From a virus, in IMG/VR virus record IMGVR_UViG_3300009514_000018, positions 1,237 to 65,236 of that record: a DNA stretch of 64,000 nt, one strand, 5' to 3'. Below, piece by piece: positions 17,049-27,106 of this stretch. The notes under the pieces were generated by a model. That model did no database searches. It saw only the letters and a list, made by a program, of their open reading frames with translations, and was not told the DNA's origin. Position 1 is the stretch's first letter, and every line of letters begins with the position of its first letter. A program made the position numbers and the translations under genes.

Positions 17049-17984
17049 ATGGCTTACAGACCTCTACCAGACGATCGGTGGTACTCTACCCCGACGTTGA
17101 TTCGAGAGGTAGCCACCTTTCCGGCGACGGTCACCGACATGATGCTTCGAGGGGCGATCAAGTCCTTCTCGAAGGCGTTGGATGTTGTCACCTCCCAGTT
17201 TTTCTGGCCCATCGCCAATGAGATTTTCACCAGGGGTCAGCGAGACTACCTGGTGATTCACCCAACCCACGTTCCCATCATTGACGCCATATCGGTCCAG
17301 TACTCTACGAAGACAAGCAAGATGTCTGTCTTGGAGAGCGAGTGGGCCACCATCCTTAGTGCAAGTGGCGCGGAGAACTGGGTTTCTATCGATCCAAGCC
17401 TTTGGCAGATCAGGGATCGAGGGGTGTTCATGGGGATGGCCAAGTTCCCGGAGGGGTTTGGCAACATCAAGGTGAACGGGGTCTTCGGGTGGATCGAGAA
17501 CTCTCGAGGTCAGATAGAGACCGAACTGGCAGCCCCGGTGACTGCCGGAGACAACCAGATCCAGGTTGTGGATGGGAGCGCCTTCAGGAAGAGGGACATT
17601 ATCGATATCGATGGGCCTGACGATACCACTCCACTTCGAGTGATTGCTGAGGGAGTGTCCGGCAACATCATCGCCGTCGATACCATCGTAGATCCTGTGG
17701 ACGCTCCTCTAGGTTCGGCGGTGACCTCCTGGGGTCAGGTTCCAAACCTTATCGAGATCGTCCTGGGGCGTTGGTTGGTGAAGCTGTTCACCGTAGATGG
17801 GGGCGGCGGTGGGGGAGGACCTATTATCCCTCCAGGAGCGATCAAGCGGGAGCGGATCGACTCATATGAGTATGAGCGTTTCGAGCCTGATGACGATGAA
17901 ATTCAGGGAGTTGTGACAGGCGATAGCATCGCCGATCGGCTGCTTCAAGCCTTCACAGCACCTCCACATGTAGGATTTGTCTAA
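17049..17984 (+). CDS. Head-tail connector/adaptor with an inserted beta domain
   Basis: Position after the capsid gene; VNGVFGW..., IKRERIDSYEYERF C-terminus typical of adaptors. Confidence 0.65.
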   Translation: MAYRPLPDDRWYSTPTLIREVATFPATVTDMMLRGAIKSFSKALDVVTSQFFWPIANEIFTRGQRDYLVIHPTHVPIIDAISVQYSTKTSKMSVLESEWATILSASGAENWVSIDPSLWQIRDRGVFMGMAKFPEGFGNIKVNGVFGWIENSRGQIETELAAPVTAGDNQIQVVDGSAFRKRDIIDIDGPDDTTPLRVIAEGVSGNIIAVDTIVDPVDAPLGSAVTSWGQVPNLIEIVLGRWLVKLFTVDGGGGGGGPIIPPGAIKRERIDSYEYERFEPDDDEIQGVVTGDSIADRLLQAFTAPPHVGFV

Positions 17985-18283
17985 TGGCCAGAGTTATGCG
18001 ACAGAATCCTGTCTACTATGAGGTGAACGTCACCACGGACTGGCAGGAAGTGAAGTGCAACTTCATTCCCCAGGCTGTGATCATCGCCAACGTGTCCGCA
18101 GGTGCTGGGACGATCCGTTTCAAGACGCAGGATGATGGTCCCTCTGGAGATCCTGGTGGCCAGTTGATAGCCTTCAGTGCGTTGGATAAGCGCGTGATTG
18201 ACTTTGTCATCTGTGACCGGGTTCTCTTTCGGAGTGATGATCTCAACCAAGTGATCTATGTGGAATTCTGGAAGGGGCGCTGA
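17984..18283 (+). CDS. Small virion structural protein
   Basis: Translationally coupled 99-aa beta-rich ORF in the structural operon. Confidence 0.6.
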   Translation: MARVMRQNPVYYEVNVTTDWQEVKCNFIPQAVIIANVSAGAGTIRFKTQDDGPSGDPGGQLIAFSALDKRVIDFVICDRVLFRSDDLNQVIYVEFWKGR

Positions 18284-19224
18284 TGAGTGCAATCGGAAGT
18301 GCCCACATACTCGGTCCTCGAGGGACTGAGCTTCCGAGTGATGCCCCTGAAGGAGATCAGTTCTTCCATCTGCGTAAGAAGGCTTATTTCTCTCGGAGGG
18401 GAGATGCCTGGGTCCCCACTGCGTCCCTCTGTGATTCGATCCCTTTCGTCTCCGCTCCCCCTCGAATAGTGCTGGGTGAGCCTGGAGGTCGGTGGGAAGG
18501 GTGGTTTTTCAGTACCGGCTCCTGGGTGGCAGGCCTCAATGAACCGTTTCCTCTCCGTGTCTCTCATCGGGGTCAGGGCTTTGCCCTGGCTTGGCATCCC
18601 ATGGTGGAGTCCCTGGTTTCCCAGGAAATTTCTACTTCCTTTGCCAGGCCAGCTGGATCCATGGTGGGAGTTGTGGTGGGAGCGCGTACCTCTACTCAGG
18701 GTTACCTGGTAACCCTTCGGGATAATGACCTGGCGATCCTTCGAATGAAGGCGGGCAATAGGGGTTTTGGTCTTGTCGAGTCGGTGTCCATCCCCAATAG
18801 GGAAGATTTCGTCGATCGAGAAGTCACTCTGAAGGTCGAGCGGGTTGGGAAGTCTTCCCTGAAGGCCAAGGTGTGGCCAGTGGGTTTGGAGGAGCCGGAC
18901 TGGCAGCTGGAGACTCAGGATATCTCACCTTTCCAGGGAGAAGGAAAGGGCAAAGTCGGATTGGTCGTGAAGTGGGGAGAGATTGAGTTCTTGTCCTTCC
19001 AGGCGATGGAAAGGTTCCCTGACATTCCTGTTAAACACAGCATCCCGGTTAGGCCGAAGGTAAGCGTCTTTCTAGATGGTGAAGCTGCTTCCAATGTTAG
19101 TTTCAAGGTCTTGGATCCTACGACGCTGGCTTTGTGTGGCTTTCAGGTAGCGGGTAGATCAGGGGAAGTGCAGGTCAGGGCTCATCTTCCAAGCGCAAGA
19201 TCTGGAATGAGGAGGAGACCATGA
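18283..19224 (+). CDS. Putative fibre-associated protein with a ConA-like beta-sandwich segment
   Basis: Coupled ORF; N-terminal fibre-knuckle-like motif; SLKAKVWPVGLEEPDWQLE lectin-like motif. Confidence 0.55.
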   Translation: MSAIGSAHILGPRGTELPSDAPEGDQFFHLRKKAYFSRRGDAWVPTASLCDSIPFVSAPPRIVLGEPGGRWEGWFFSTGSWVAGLNEPFPLRVSHRGQGFALAWHPMVESLVSQEISTSFARPAGSMVGVVVGARTSTQGYLVTLRDNDLAILRMKAGNRGFGLVESVSIPNREDFVDREVTLKVERVGKSSLKAKVWPVGLEEPDWQLETQDISPFQGEGKGKVGLVVKWGEIEFLSFQAMERFPDIPVKHSIPVRPKVSVFLDGEAASNVSFKVLDPTTLALCGFQVAGRSGEVQVRAHLPSARSGMRRRP

Positions 19225-21665
19225 GTTCTGTCGGTGTAGATCTGACAATGCCCGCGGGCGATGCTTTCCCTCCAGATCCTATCCTGGGAGAGTTTTTCTA
19301 CCGAACTGACCACGACAAGCCCTACGTGTACACCGGAGCTGGCTGGAGCGATATCACTGCCACTGGAGGTGGGCCTCCGGCGCCTCATGCTCCTTCGCAT
19401 CAGCATGGCGGTCTCGATGAAGTTGCCGTGGCTGCTCCAGCTGCGAATGCAATACCGAAGGCTGATGGATCCGGGACACTGGATGCGTGGGTTACAACAG
19501 CCTCCGACAAGCGAGTCCGGGTTACAGTTGCGGATACGACCAGTGGGTATCTTCAAGCCAAGTTGATTACCAGCACCTCTGCGGTCAATTTCGTTGTTGC
19601 TAGCCCTGGGGGTGATGAAGCGCTTGAAGTCAACATAGATGATGCGACTGTCGCGGTGCCTGGATTGGTGGAGCTGGCAACCGATGGGGAATCGGCTCCC
19701 AATGTTGCGGTCCAAGGGAATGATTCGCGACTCAGTGATGCCAGACCACCTACAGGTGCGGCAGGAGGTGATCTGAACGGGACTTATCCCAACCCTGGGG
19801 TAGATGACGGCGCAGATGGAACCGCTATTCACGACAATATATCAGGAGAGATTGCAGCCATTCCTCCGAAGGGAGTTCCGATTGGTGGTGACTTCTTGCT
19901 GATAGAGGATAGTGGGGATGGGAACTCAAAGAAGCGCATTTTGATCAGTGCTCTTCCTGCTGGACCTGATGAGAAGGTCAAGGTTACTTCGAACGATACT
20001 ACCCCTGGGTATCTGAAGGACAAGCTGACAGCTCAACCTCCTGCAGTGACTTGGACTGAGGTGGGTGACCCCGGAGATGAAGATCTCAGACTCGATATAG
20101 CAAATGCGAGTACAGCGCAGCCCGGCCTTGTGGAGCTGGCGACTGATGGAGAGTCAGCTCCCAATGTAGTTGTTCAAGGAAACGATTCGAGACTTTCGGA
20201 TGCCAGGACACCGACGTTGCATGGGGCAACTCATACTAATGGAGTTGATGATGTAGCGGATCTGGTAGGAGACTCTGGAGCGGGTGGTGTTCACGGTCTT
20301 GTCCCAGCGCCTGCCGCAGGAGATGCTGCCGCAGGGAAATTTCTGAAGGCGGATGGTGTTTGGACTGTTCCCCCTAGTGCGACAGGACACATCTATTATG
20401 ATGCACTCGTGGCTCCGGCTGGTGGGGATTATACATCTGTGGCTGCGGCTTTCGCGGGTGGGGCTACTTCAGTCTTTGTCCGGGACGGGGTCTATAATGA
20501 AACGGCTGATATTGTCGTTCCAAACGGTGGTCGATTGACTGCCGAGAGTCCCGGGAGAGTCATCATCAACTTCGGGGGTGGCGCTTTTTCCATCACGTCG
20601 GATGGAAATGGCGGAACGAAGCAGACCGCAGGAACTATCTCGATCAACCACAACTCTTCAACTGTGAATGGGATCGGTACTTTCTTCACCAATCTCTCTC
20701 CTGGTGATTGGATCGTGGTTGACTGCTTCTACTATGAGATCGCCAGTATCACAAATGATCTGCAGCTGACTTTGACTCGTACTTATCGAGGCGTCTCATT
20801 GAGCGGTTTCTCCTACCAGGCCCACTCAATGAATGTCGGGGTCCATCTGGATGGGTTCTACGTGACCAATAGCTCGGGCCCTGGAATCTACCTCCGAGGA
20901 GTTTATGCTGCTTTCTTGAATGACATCATGGTCGTCGCCTGCGGATATGGTTACCGCATTATTGATTCAGGGGGCGTAATCCTCAATGCGGTACATAGCG
21001 CTCATTCATCAGCTGACGGAGCTGAGATAGAAGACTCTTACAATGTGTCGATGGAACAGTGCGGCATATATAACGCGGCCCAGGATGGAATCGATGTAAA
21101 GGGTTCATGTAGTGTCTTCTTCGACACCTGCAGCTTTCAGCAAAACTCCGATCATGGCGTGTACATCCTCATGTCCTCCGACAGAGTGACGCTCTCTGAC
21201 TGCATGGTAAACAGAAACGACGGTAAGGGGATTGAGACAGATCCTTCAACTTCCCAATGCTTGATGTCTGATTGCCAGATTATCGGAAATGGGGCTCAAG
21301 GAATCGATTTTGATGGTCCCTCGAATAAGGTCGAGGGTTGCTTGATCAAAGACAACGGTTCTCATGGCATCGGGCCCGGAGATGATGGCATCATCAATGC
21401 CAATATCATCGAGGATAATGCGGGTGACGGAATACGGCTCATTGATGACCCTAGGTGTGTCACTACCGGGAATCGTTGTTCCGGAAACACAGGATACGGT
21501 ATTTATTCCAATGCCGACGATAACGTCATTTCTGGTAATTACTGCGGTGGCAATGGTAGCGTTGGAGTTTTGATCGGGGGGAGTGCCAATGGGAATAATG
21601 TCCAGGGGAATCTAGGTGGATTTATAGATAACGGGGTGGGAACGATAACCACAGGGAATGGATAA
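19221..21665 (+). CDS. Fibre/spike protein with right-handed beta-helix (putative depolymerase)
   Basis: Internal duplication PGLVELATDGESAPNV.VQGNDSRLSDAR; YTSVAAAF..G lead-in; many parallel beta-helix repeats (GN.C.GN..YGI). Confidence 0.8.
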   Translation: MSSVGVDLTMPAGDAFPPDPILGEFFYRTDHDKPYVYTGAGWSDITATGGGPPAPHAPSHQHGGLDEVAVAAPAANAIPKADGSGTLDAWVTTASDKRVRVTVADTTSGYLQAKLITSTSAVNFVVASPGGDEALEVNIDDATVAVPGLVELATDGESAPNVAVQGNDSRLSDARPPTGAAGGDLNGTYPNPGVDDGADGTAIHDNISGEIAAIPPKGVPIGGDFLLIEDSGDGNSKKRILISALPAGPDEKVKVTSNDTTPGYLKDKLTAQPPAVTWTEVGDPGDEDLRLDIANASTAQPGLVELATDGESAPNVVVQGNDSRLSDARTPTLHGATHTNGVDDVADLVGDSGAGGVHGLVPAPAAGDAAAGKFLKADGVWTVPPSATGHIYYDALVAPAGGDYTSVAAAFAGGATSVFVRDGVYNETADIVVPNGGRLTAESPGRVIINFGGGAFSITSDGNGGTKQTAGTISINHNSSTVNGIGTFFTNLSPGDWIVVDCFYYEIASITNDLQLTLTRTYRGVSLSGFSYQAHSMNVGVHLDGFYVTNSSGPGIYLRGVYAAFLNDIMVVACGYGYRIIDSGGVILNAVHSAHSSADGAEIEDSYNVSMEQCGIYNAAQDGIDVKGSCSVFFDTCSFQQNSDHGVYILMSSDRVTLSDCMVNRNDGKGIETDPSTSQCLMSDCQIIGNGAQGIDFDGPSNKVEGCLIKDNGSHGIGPGDDGIINANIIEDNAGDGIRLIDDPRCVTTGNRCSGNTGYGIYSNADDNVISGNYCGGNGSVGVLIGGSANGNNVQGNLGGFIDNGVGTITTGNG

Positions 21666-22221
21666 AATGTCTGGTATCGGATTCGTTCCAGCCATATCAT
21701 TCCGGGGAACTACATTCCCTACCGGGCCCTTTCCAGGGATGCTCTTCTGGAAGGAGCCCGAGAATGATCCCTACTACTGGGATGGATCCGCCTGGCAGTC
21801 TTTTTCTCCTGGTTCTGTAGGAGCCCATGGACCTACCCACATCGAGTGGGGCTCTGATCCCATTCCTAATATCGAGGCTCTAGAGGAAGAGTACGTCTGT
21901 GATGTAGCCATCGTACCAGGTGATATCGTATACCAAGATGCTGCGAACCATGTTGACCTAGCCTCTGCCGACGATCCTAGTAAGATGCCTGCTATCGGAA
22001 TTGTAAACAGTAAGCCTGACCCAACCACAGCTAGGATTATTTCTCGAGGTTGGTACAATGGCTTGACAGGGTTGCCTGCGGGAGTGGTCTGGGTGGGTCT
22101 GAATGGGACCATTACTCAGGTTCCCCCTGAGCAGCCAGTAAGCGCGGTACTTCAGGAGTTTGGAGTAGTGAAGTCTGCTAATGAGCTTCAAGTAGCGCCT
22201 CAGCGAATCATTCTTCTCTAA
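21658..22221 (+). CDS. Structural protein with DUF2190/capsid-cement-like C-terminal domain
   Basis: PGDIVYQ..ASADD..PAIGIV..G..GLPAG pattern; paralogous to the C-terminus of 22475..24793. Confidence 0.6.
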   Translation: MDKMSGIGFVPAISFRGTTFPTGPFPGMLFWKEPENDPYYWDGSAWQSFSPGSVGAHGPTHIEWGSDPIPNIEALEEEYVCDVAIVPGDIVYQDAANHVDLASADDPSKMPAIGIVNSKPDPTTARIISRGWYNGLTGLPAGVVWVGLNGTITQVPPEQPVSAVLQEFGVVKSANELQVAPQRIILL

Positions 22222-22232
22222 GGGAGAGCATT

Positions 22233-22436
22233 ATGTCTCAGTTCAAGTACATAGGAGATTTGGCACCACAGAAGGATGGGAAGGTTCGGATCAAGTATCC
22301 CCGCTATAAGTTCAGCATCGCGGTAGCTCCCAATGAGACCTTCGAGGTCCCGAGCGAGGATACAGAGTTGATTGACTGGCTCAAGGAAGTGAAGAGCCCC
22401 TTCACTAAGGTGCCGCTCTACCAGTTTTTGGGGTAG
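22233..22436 (+). CDS. Small hypothetical protein
   Basis: GGAG RBS; 67 aa; fills the operon gap. Confidence 0.6.
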   Translation: MSQFKYIGDLAPQKDGKVRIKYPRYKFSIAVAPNETFEVPSEDTELIDWLKEVKSPFTKVPLYQFLG

Positions 22437-22474
22437 GGTTTTCTACGGTTGTTTACTTATAGGAGGATAGGAGT

Positions 22475-24793
22475 ATGTCAGTAATCCCTCTGATTGTCGA
22501 TAGTGGCCTTACTAAGAGGCTGAATCCCGCTAGCGATGTGATCAACGGCGGTGGATATGAGATCAACAGCGTGGCTCTCGCATCCACGGACCTTTCAGAC
22601 ACAGCAGAGTTGATCCGCACCAACCAGGCAGCAGCTCAGAATATCACCCCCGCCAGTGGGGATATCGAAACTCTTGTGGTCCGGGCCTCCCCAGGGATCT
22701 CCACCAAGAACGTTTTCGAGGTCCTGAATGACGGTGGTACACAGATCTTCCGGATCAACAACGACGGTGACATTACTGTTGCTGGCGGCGAGACCATCGT
22801 CGGTTCCATCACCTTCACCGACAGTATAACCTTCGGTCAGGGTGGTGACGACACCGTGACTTTTGGTGATGCCACTGTGGTAGTCCCTGAGAATGATGGT
22901 GGCGTCAATATCGGTACTGCGGCCAAGCGATTCGGAATTGTGTTCCTCGACACTCTCGGTGACTCCGGCCAGGATCTCACCGTGGCCACTAACCTCGAGT
23001 CCAATCTGAACTGGACGGTACAGGGTGGAGACGGGGCTACCGAGACTGCTGGTTACACTCTGGACGTGCGCGGCGGTGACGGCGGTGGAACAGTGGCCGG
23101 TTCTGCAGGTGCTGGTGGAGCAAGTACACTCCGTGCCGGTGATGGAGGCGATGCTTCGGGCGCTGGTACCTCGGGAGCTGGTGGTGCGCTGACTGTCCGT
23201 GGCGGTGATGCTGGTACCAACGTTGGTGGTGTTCCTGGCGCTGGTGGGGACCTGACTATTCGAGGTGGAAACGCAACGGATGCTACGATCAATGGTGGTG
23301 ACCTCTACCTGGATTCTGGATCGGGTTCCGCGCCGAACGTGTTCATTGCTGATACCAATGCTGCTGCGGTTACCATCGGTGCCAGCGGCGGCAACGAGCC
23401 TGCTGTGAGCATCTACGGTGCTGTCTCTCAGATCGGGTCGAGCAACCAGGTTTCCTTCGCAGGTAACGTAGATGCTAGCAACGGACTGGATGTGTCCGGT
23501 GCAGCTCTTACTCTCGCTTCCGGCATTCATATTACAGGCGTGGCTAACGCCAACAATCTCGGTGCTACTGGTACGGAGTGGGGCGACATCTTCATGGCTG
23601 GACCTATCCGACTGGCCGAGCACGCAGATCCGGGTCAGGTGGCTGATAAGGGATATCTCTACGCCAAGGCCGATGGGGATGATGTCGAGCTGTTCTATTT
23701 CGACGACAACTCCAACGCCGTCCAGATCACCAAGGATGGTGCAGTCAACGCAGGTGGGACCAGTTCCCTCCAGACAGCCTACGACAACGGCGCCACCATC
23801 ACGACAGCTGGTTCCGTGAACATTGCCTATACTCTCACGGCTGGGAACTTTACTGTTGGTGGTGCTGGTACCATGGACGTGAGCGCCAACGCTAACTTCA
23901 CAGGCGGGGTGGACCTCACCACCGTGGGCCAGACCATGGCGAATGATCTTGCCATCACCTTCGGTGGTGACAGCGATGTGACCGTCCAGTTCGTGTCGGC
24001 GACTCCGGCTTTCGCTGTGGTCACCAAGAACGAGGCGACCGCAGGGTCTGCCGGGATCTCGCTGACCTCGGGCAACGCTACGACCTCGGGCAATACCGGT
24101 CCCGTTTCTCTGGTTTCCGGTGATGCGACCAGTGGCAACAGCGGCGACATCAACCTGACTATCGGTTCTGCTTCCGGCACAGCGGGGAAGGTGAAGGTGT
24201 CTGGTGGTAACTTTGAGGTGGCCAGCGGGATCCATATCCTTCCTGCTGCGGATAGCACCTCCAACATCGGAACGGATACCGAGAGATTCCTCGAGGTCTT
24301 CACCGACGAGATCAACATCCCGCTCCAGGGGTTGACCATCAACAGCGTCACCGTGGGCAACACGGTGACCTCGGCCAACCTGGATACCCTGACTGATGGC
24401 TCTAACGCTGATGCCCTCCACTCGCACGCTGCAGCCTCCTCGACGCAGATCACGGCTACCCTGACTGCGGGTGAGAACCTCGTGGCCGGGGACTTCGTCT
24501 ACATCAAGGACACTGACGACAAGGCGTGGAAGGTGGATGCGGATGCCGAGGAATCAGCTCAGCTGATCGGTGTGGCAGCTGCCACCATCAACGCCGATGC
24601 CTCTGGTACCGTGGTTATGTGGGGCGTGATGACCGGCCTCTCCGGTCTGGACGCTGGCAAGAAGTATTGGGTCAGTGCCACTGCTGGGCAGATCACTTCG
24701 ACACCTCCCGCTACAGGGTATCTTTGCTTCGCTGGGTACGCCCTTTCCGCTACCAGCATGATGTTCCGTCCAGAGAGGCCCATCGGTCTCTAG
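22475..24793 (+). CDS. Gly-rich fibre protein with C-terminal cement-like domain
   Basis: GG-G-GG repeats (GGDGGGT..GAGG); strong codon bias; C-terminal AGDFVY..LIGVA..GL.AGKKYW domain. Confidence 0.8.
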   Translation: MSVIPLIVDSGLTKRLNPASDVINGGGYEINSVALASTDLSDTAELIRTNQAAAQNITPASGDIETLVVRASPGISTKNVFEVLNDGGTQIFRINNDGDITVAGGETIVGSITFTDSITFGQGGDDTVTFGDATVVVPENDGGVNIGTAAKRFGIVFLDTLGDSGQDLTVATNLESNLNWTVQGGDGATETAGYTLDVRGGDGGGTVAGSAGAGGASTLRAGDGGDASGAGTSGAGGALTVRGGDAGTNVGGVPGAGGDLTIRGGNATDATINGGDLYLDSGSGSAPNVFIADTNAAAVTIGASGGNEPAVSIYGAVSQIGSSNQVSFAGNVDASNGLDVSGAALTLASGIHITGVANANNLGATGTEWGDIFMAGPIRLAEHADPGQVADKGYLYAKADGDDVELFYFDDNSNAVQITKDGAVNAGGTSSLQTAYDNGATITTAGSVNIAYTLTAGNFTVGGAGTMDVSANANFTGGVDLTTVGQTMANDLAITFGGDSDVTVQFVSATPAFAVVTKNEATAGSAGISLTSGNATTSGNTGPVSLVSGDATSGNSGDINLTIGSASGTAGKVKVSGGNFEVASGIHILPAADSTSNIGTDTERFLEVFTDEINIPLQGLTINSVTVGNTVTSANLDTLTDGSNADALHSHAAASSTQITATLTAGENLVAGDFVYIKDTDDKAWKVDADAEESAQLIGVAAATINADASGTVVMWGVMTGLSGLDAGKKYWVSATAGQITSTPPATGYLCFAGYALSATSMMFRPERPIGL

Positions 24794-24839
24794 GCTGGAG
24801 CTAGGGGGGGAGTATTCTCTTCTTGAGGGATGAGGGACC

Positions 24840-25439
24840 ATGGCTGAGAAATCTGCTCTCACCATAGCTGATGGAGTCATCCAGGTTCCAGGTAGCTCGG
24901 ATGACCTGGTGGCGAATGCGTTTGTGCAGAGTTCGACCACCAAGTACGAGTCCATCTGGATTCCGTCTACATCCGTGCGCCTCCACAACACCTCCCCTCC
25001 TGGAGAGACTGATATTTGGTCAGGGGCATATCGGGCTCTTGCGTTCGATCCTGATACGGAAGAGTCCGTTTTTACAGAAATATTGATTCCCAGAGCTTAC
25101 GTGGAAGGCCAGGCTCTTCGAGTGGCTGTTCATGTTGTGCCAGCGGATAATGGATCAGGGGTGATTCGCTTCGGATTCGAGTACAGGAAGGCCAACATTA
25201 ACGACGCCTTCTCATCGACCTCAACGGTTTTGATGAACGTGACCATGCAGGGTATTACGGATCGACACTACCGAACATCCGACACGTATATTACCGGCTC
25301 TACAATGGATCGGAACCTGGTTCTGGCCGGGAGGCTCTACCGTGACGCGACCAGCGGAACTGACTCATATGCAAACGATGCCTATCTCCTGGGACTCGAG
25401 ATCAGGATCCCAGTAGATCGGATAGGCGCAGCTCTCTAA
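24840..25439 (+). CDS. Virion structural protein, carbohydrate-binding-like beta-sandwich
   Basis: 199-aa beta-rich ORF ending YANDAYLLGLEIRIP. Confidence 0.6.
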   Translation: MAEKSALTIADGVIQVPGSSDDLVANAFVQSSTTKYESIWIPSTSVRLHNTSPPGETDIWSGAYRALAFDPDTEESVFTEILIPRAYVEGQALRVAVHVVPADNGSGVIRFGFEYRKANINDAFSSTSTVLMNVTMQGITDRHYRTSDTYITGSTMDRNLVLAGRLYRDATSGTDSYANDAYLLGLEIRIPVDRIGAAL

Positions 25440-25455
25440 CTGACGTGGAGGAATC

Positions 25456-26028
25456 ATGACAACCAAGAAACTGAAGAAGGCTTCTCCCAAGGGAGGAGTA
25501 AAGCCTAAGACCGAGAAGAAGAGGGTGACCTTTGCCGACGAGGTCCTCAAGTACCTCGAGGAAGGAAAAGATCTTGCCTCTCTCGACCAAAAGGAGCTGC
25601 CAGCTACTCTGGCCAAATTGGTGATGGAGGACAAGGCTTCCTTGGTGAGCGTTCCAATACCGCTCCTCAATTCGGTCTACCTGGAAGTCCCGAAGCTGGA
25701 GCCCAAGAGTGAAGATCTCACGAAGATCTCCGAGCAGGATCTAGCCTCCCTTCAGGCCTTTGGTGGAAGCGCCAACACGTTGACCAGCTCTTTGGGAAGC
25801 CTGACCAAGAGGTACATGAATCTGGAGCGCCAGCAGGAGCAGATCGAGGCGGAATTGGAGAAGACTAGGGCCGAGATGGACAACATCGCCGCCCAGGCCA
25901 AGGAGGCTGATTCCGTGGTTGAGGCGTTCATGTCATTCCTCTCCTTCAAGTACATCATCTCCAGTGGCACGGTGATCTTCGAGACCGGGGAGATCCAGCG
26001 GAAAGATGCCAAGGAGAAAAAGGAATGA
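25456..26028 (+). CDS. Hypothetical coiled-coil protein
   Basis: GGAGG RBS; heptad-like segment LTKRYMNLERQQEQIEAELEKTRAEM. Confidence 0.7.
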   Translation: MTTKKLKKASPKGGVKPKTEKKRVTFADEVLKYLEEGKDLASLDQKELPATLAKLVMEDKASLVSVPIPLLNSVYLEVPKLEPKSEDLTKISEQDLASLQAFGGSANTLTSSLGSLTKRYMNLERQQEQIEAELEKTRAEMDNIAAQAKEADSVVEAFMSFLSFKYIISSGTVIFETGEIQRKDAKEKKE

Positions 26029-26441
26029 CCCTTCTTCCCCTCCGCATGAACTGGAACCAAATTCTTATTGCTCCACTTGAGTGGAACAATGCGGCGGTGG
26101 ATCCTGACTTTAGGGAGACTGTTGGGGCGAAGGTGTGGGGTACGCCAATCCAGATCAGGGCCCAAATCACCTACAAGCGTCAGGGTCTCAAGACCCGAAC
26201 CTGGACAGGTGATGGGGACGAGACCGATGGCCACCTGGTGATCAAGCAGTCTGATCTCACCAATGCGGGGATAGAGATCAAGAAGGGTGATCGGATAGTG
26301 GGGGTCATGATCCATACCGGTGCCTTCAAGGATGTGGATTACGAGATAGTGGAGACCATGGATAGGGGCCACCTCCCTGCTTCTTTGACTCTCCATGTGG
26401 CCTTTGTTGAGCGCACTGAGGAGCGAGCGTCAGTCCGATGA
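26025..26441 (+). CDS. Putative head-closure protein
   Basis: Size, position and IKKGDRIV motif typical of head-closure proteins. Confidence 0.6.
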   Translation: MTLLPLRMNWNQILIAPLEWNNAAVDPDFRETVGAKVWGTPIQIRAQITYKRQGLKTRTWTGDGDETDGHLVIKQSDLTNAGIEIKKGDRIVGVMIHTGAFKDVDYEIVETMDRGHLPASLTLHVAFVERTEERASVR

Positions 26442-27103
26442 GTGGAGACTACGGTATCGAAATACGAACTTCTGGTGGTCGGTCAGTCAAGCCTGAGCAG
26501 CTTGACTTTGCTAGGCATCCAGGTCGTGCTATCGATATGATCCAGCAGGGTACGCTTACTGCCTTTGCTAATGAGATGAAGGCCCATATCCGCAACCATA
26601 TCCAGAGCGGCGGCGTTACTCCAGCGTTGAGCTGGGTCACTACTTACACCCGCAATGCCTCTGGAATGGGTATCTCCCCACTCTATGCGACTGGGCAACT
26701 GGCCAACTCGGTGAACGTGAAGATTCTGGGGCCTTCTCTCATCGGGGTCGGTATTCCCTGGGATAAGGCTCATGTTGGCCCAACTGGGACCATTCCTATG
26801 GGACAGCTTGCCAAGATTCACCAGGAAGGTGCCACCATTATTGTGACCCCAGAAATGAAGAAGTACTTCATCTTCATGGCGAACGAAGGTAGGATGCCGA
26901 TGACGATGGCCCAAGTTGCTGTCGGCCAGGAGATTGTCATCCCTCCTCGTCCGTTCATGAATCAGGCTACCAAGGATGCACCGAAGATGGCCATGAAGTA
27001 TGCCATGGCTTCAGCATCGGTGATTAGGCAGTACCTGTTCAGTGGAGTGAACCAACTGTTCACGCCAATTGCACAGATCATGAGAGGCTTGTTCCGGTTT
27101 TAG
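26438..27103 (+). CDS. Tail completion/neck protein (HK97 gp10/Mu gpG-like)
   Basis: PLYATGQLANSV, IHQEGATI and IPPRPFM motifs. Confidence 0.75.
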   Translation: MSGDYGIEIRTSGGRSVKPEQLDFARHPGRAIDMIQQGTLTAFANEMKAHIRNHIQSGGVTPALSWVTTYTRNASGMGISPLYATGQLANSVNVKILGPSLIGVGIPWDKAHVGPTGTIPMGQLAKIHQEGATIIVTPEMKKYFIFMANEGRMPMTMAQVAVGQEIVIPPRPFMNQATKDAPKMAMKYAMASASVIRQYLFSGVNQLFTPIAQIMRGLFRF

Positions 27104-27106
27104 AAA

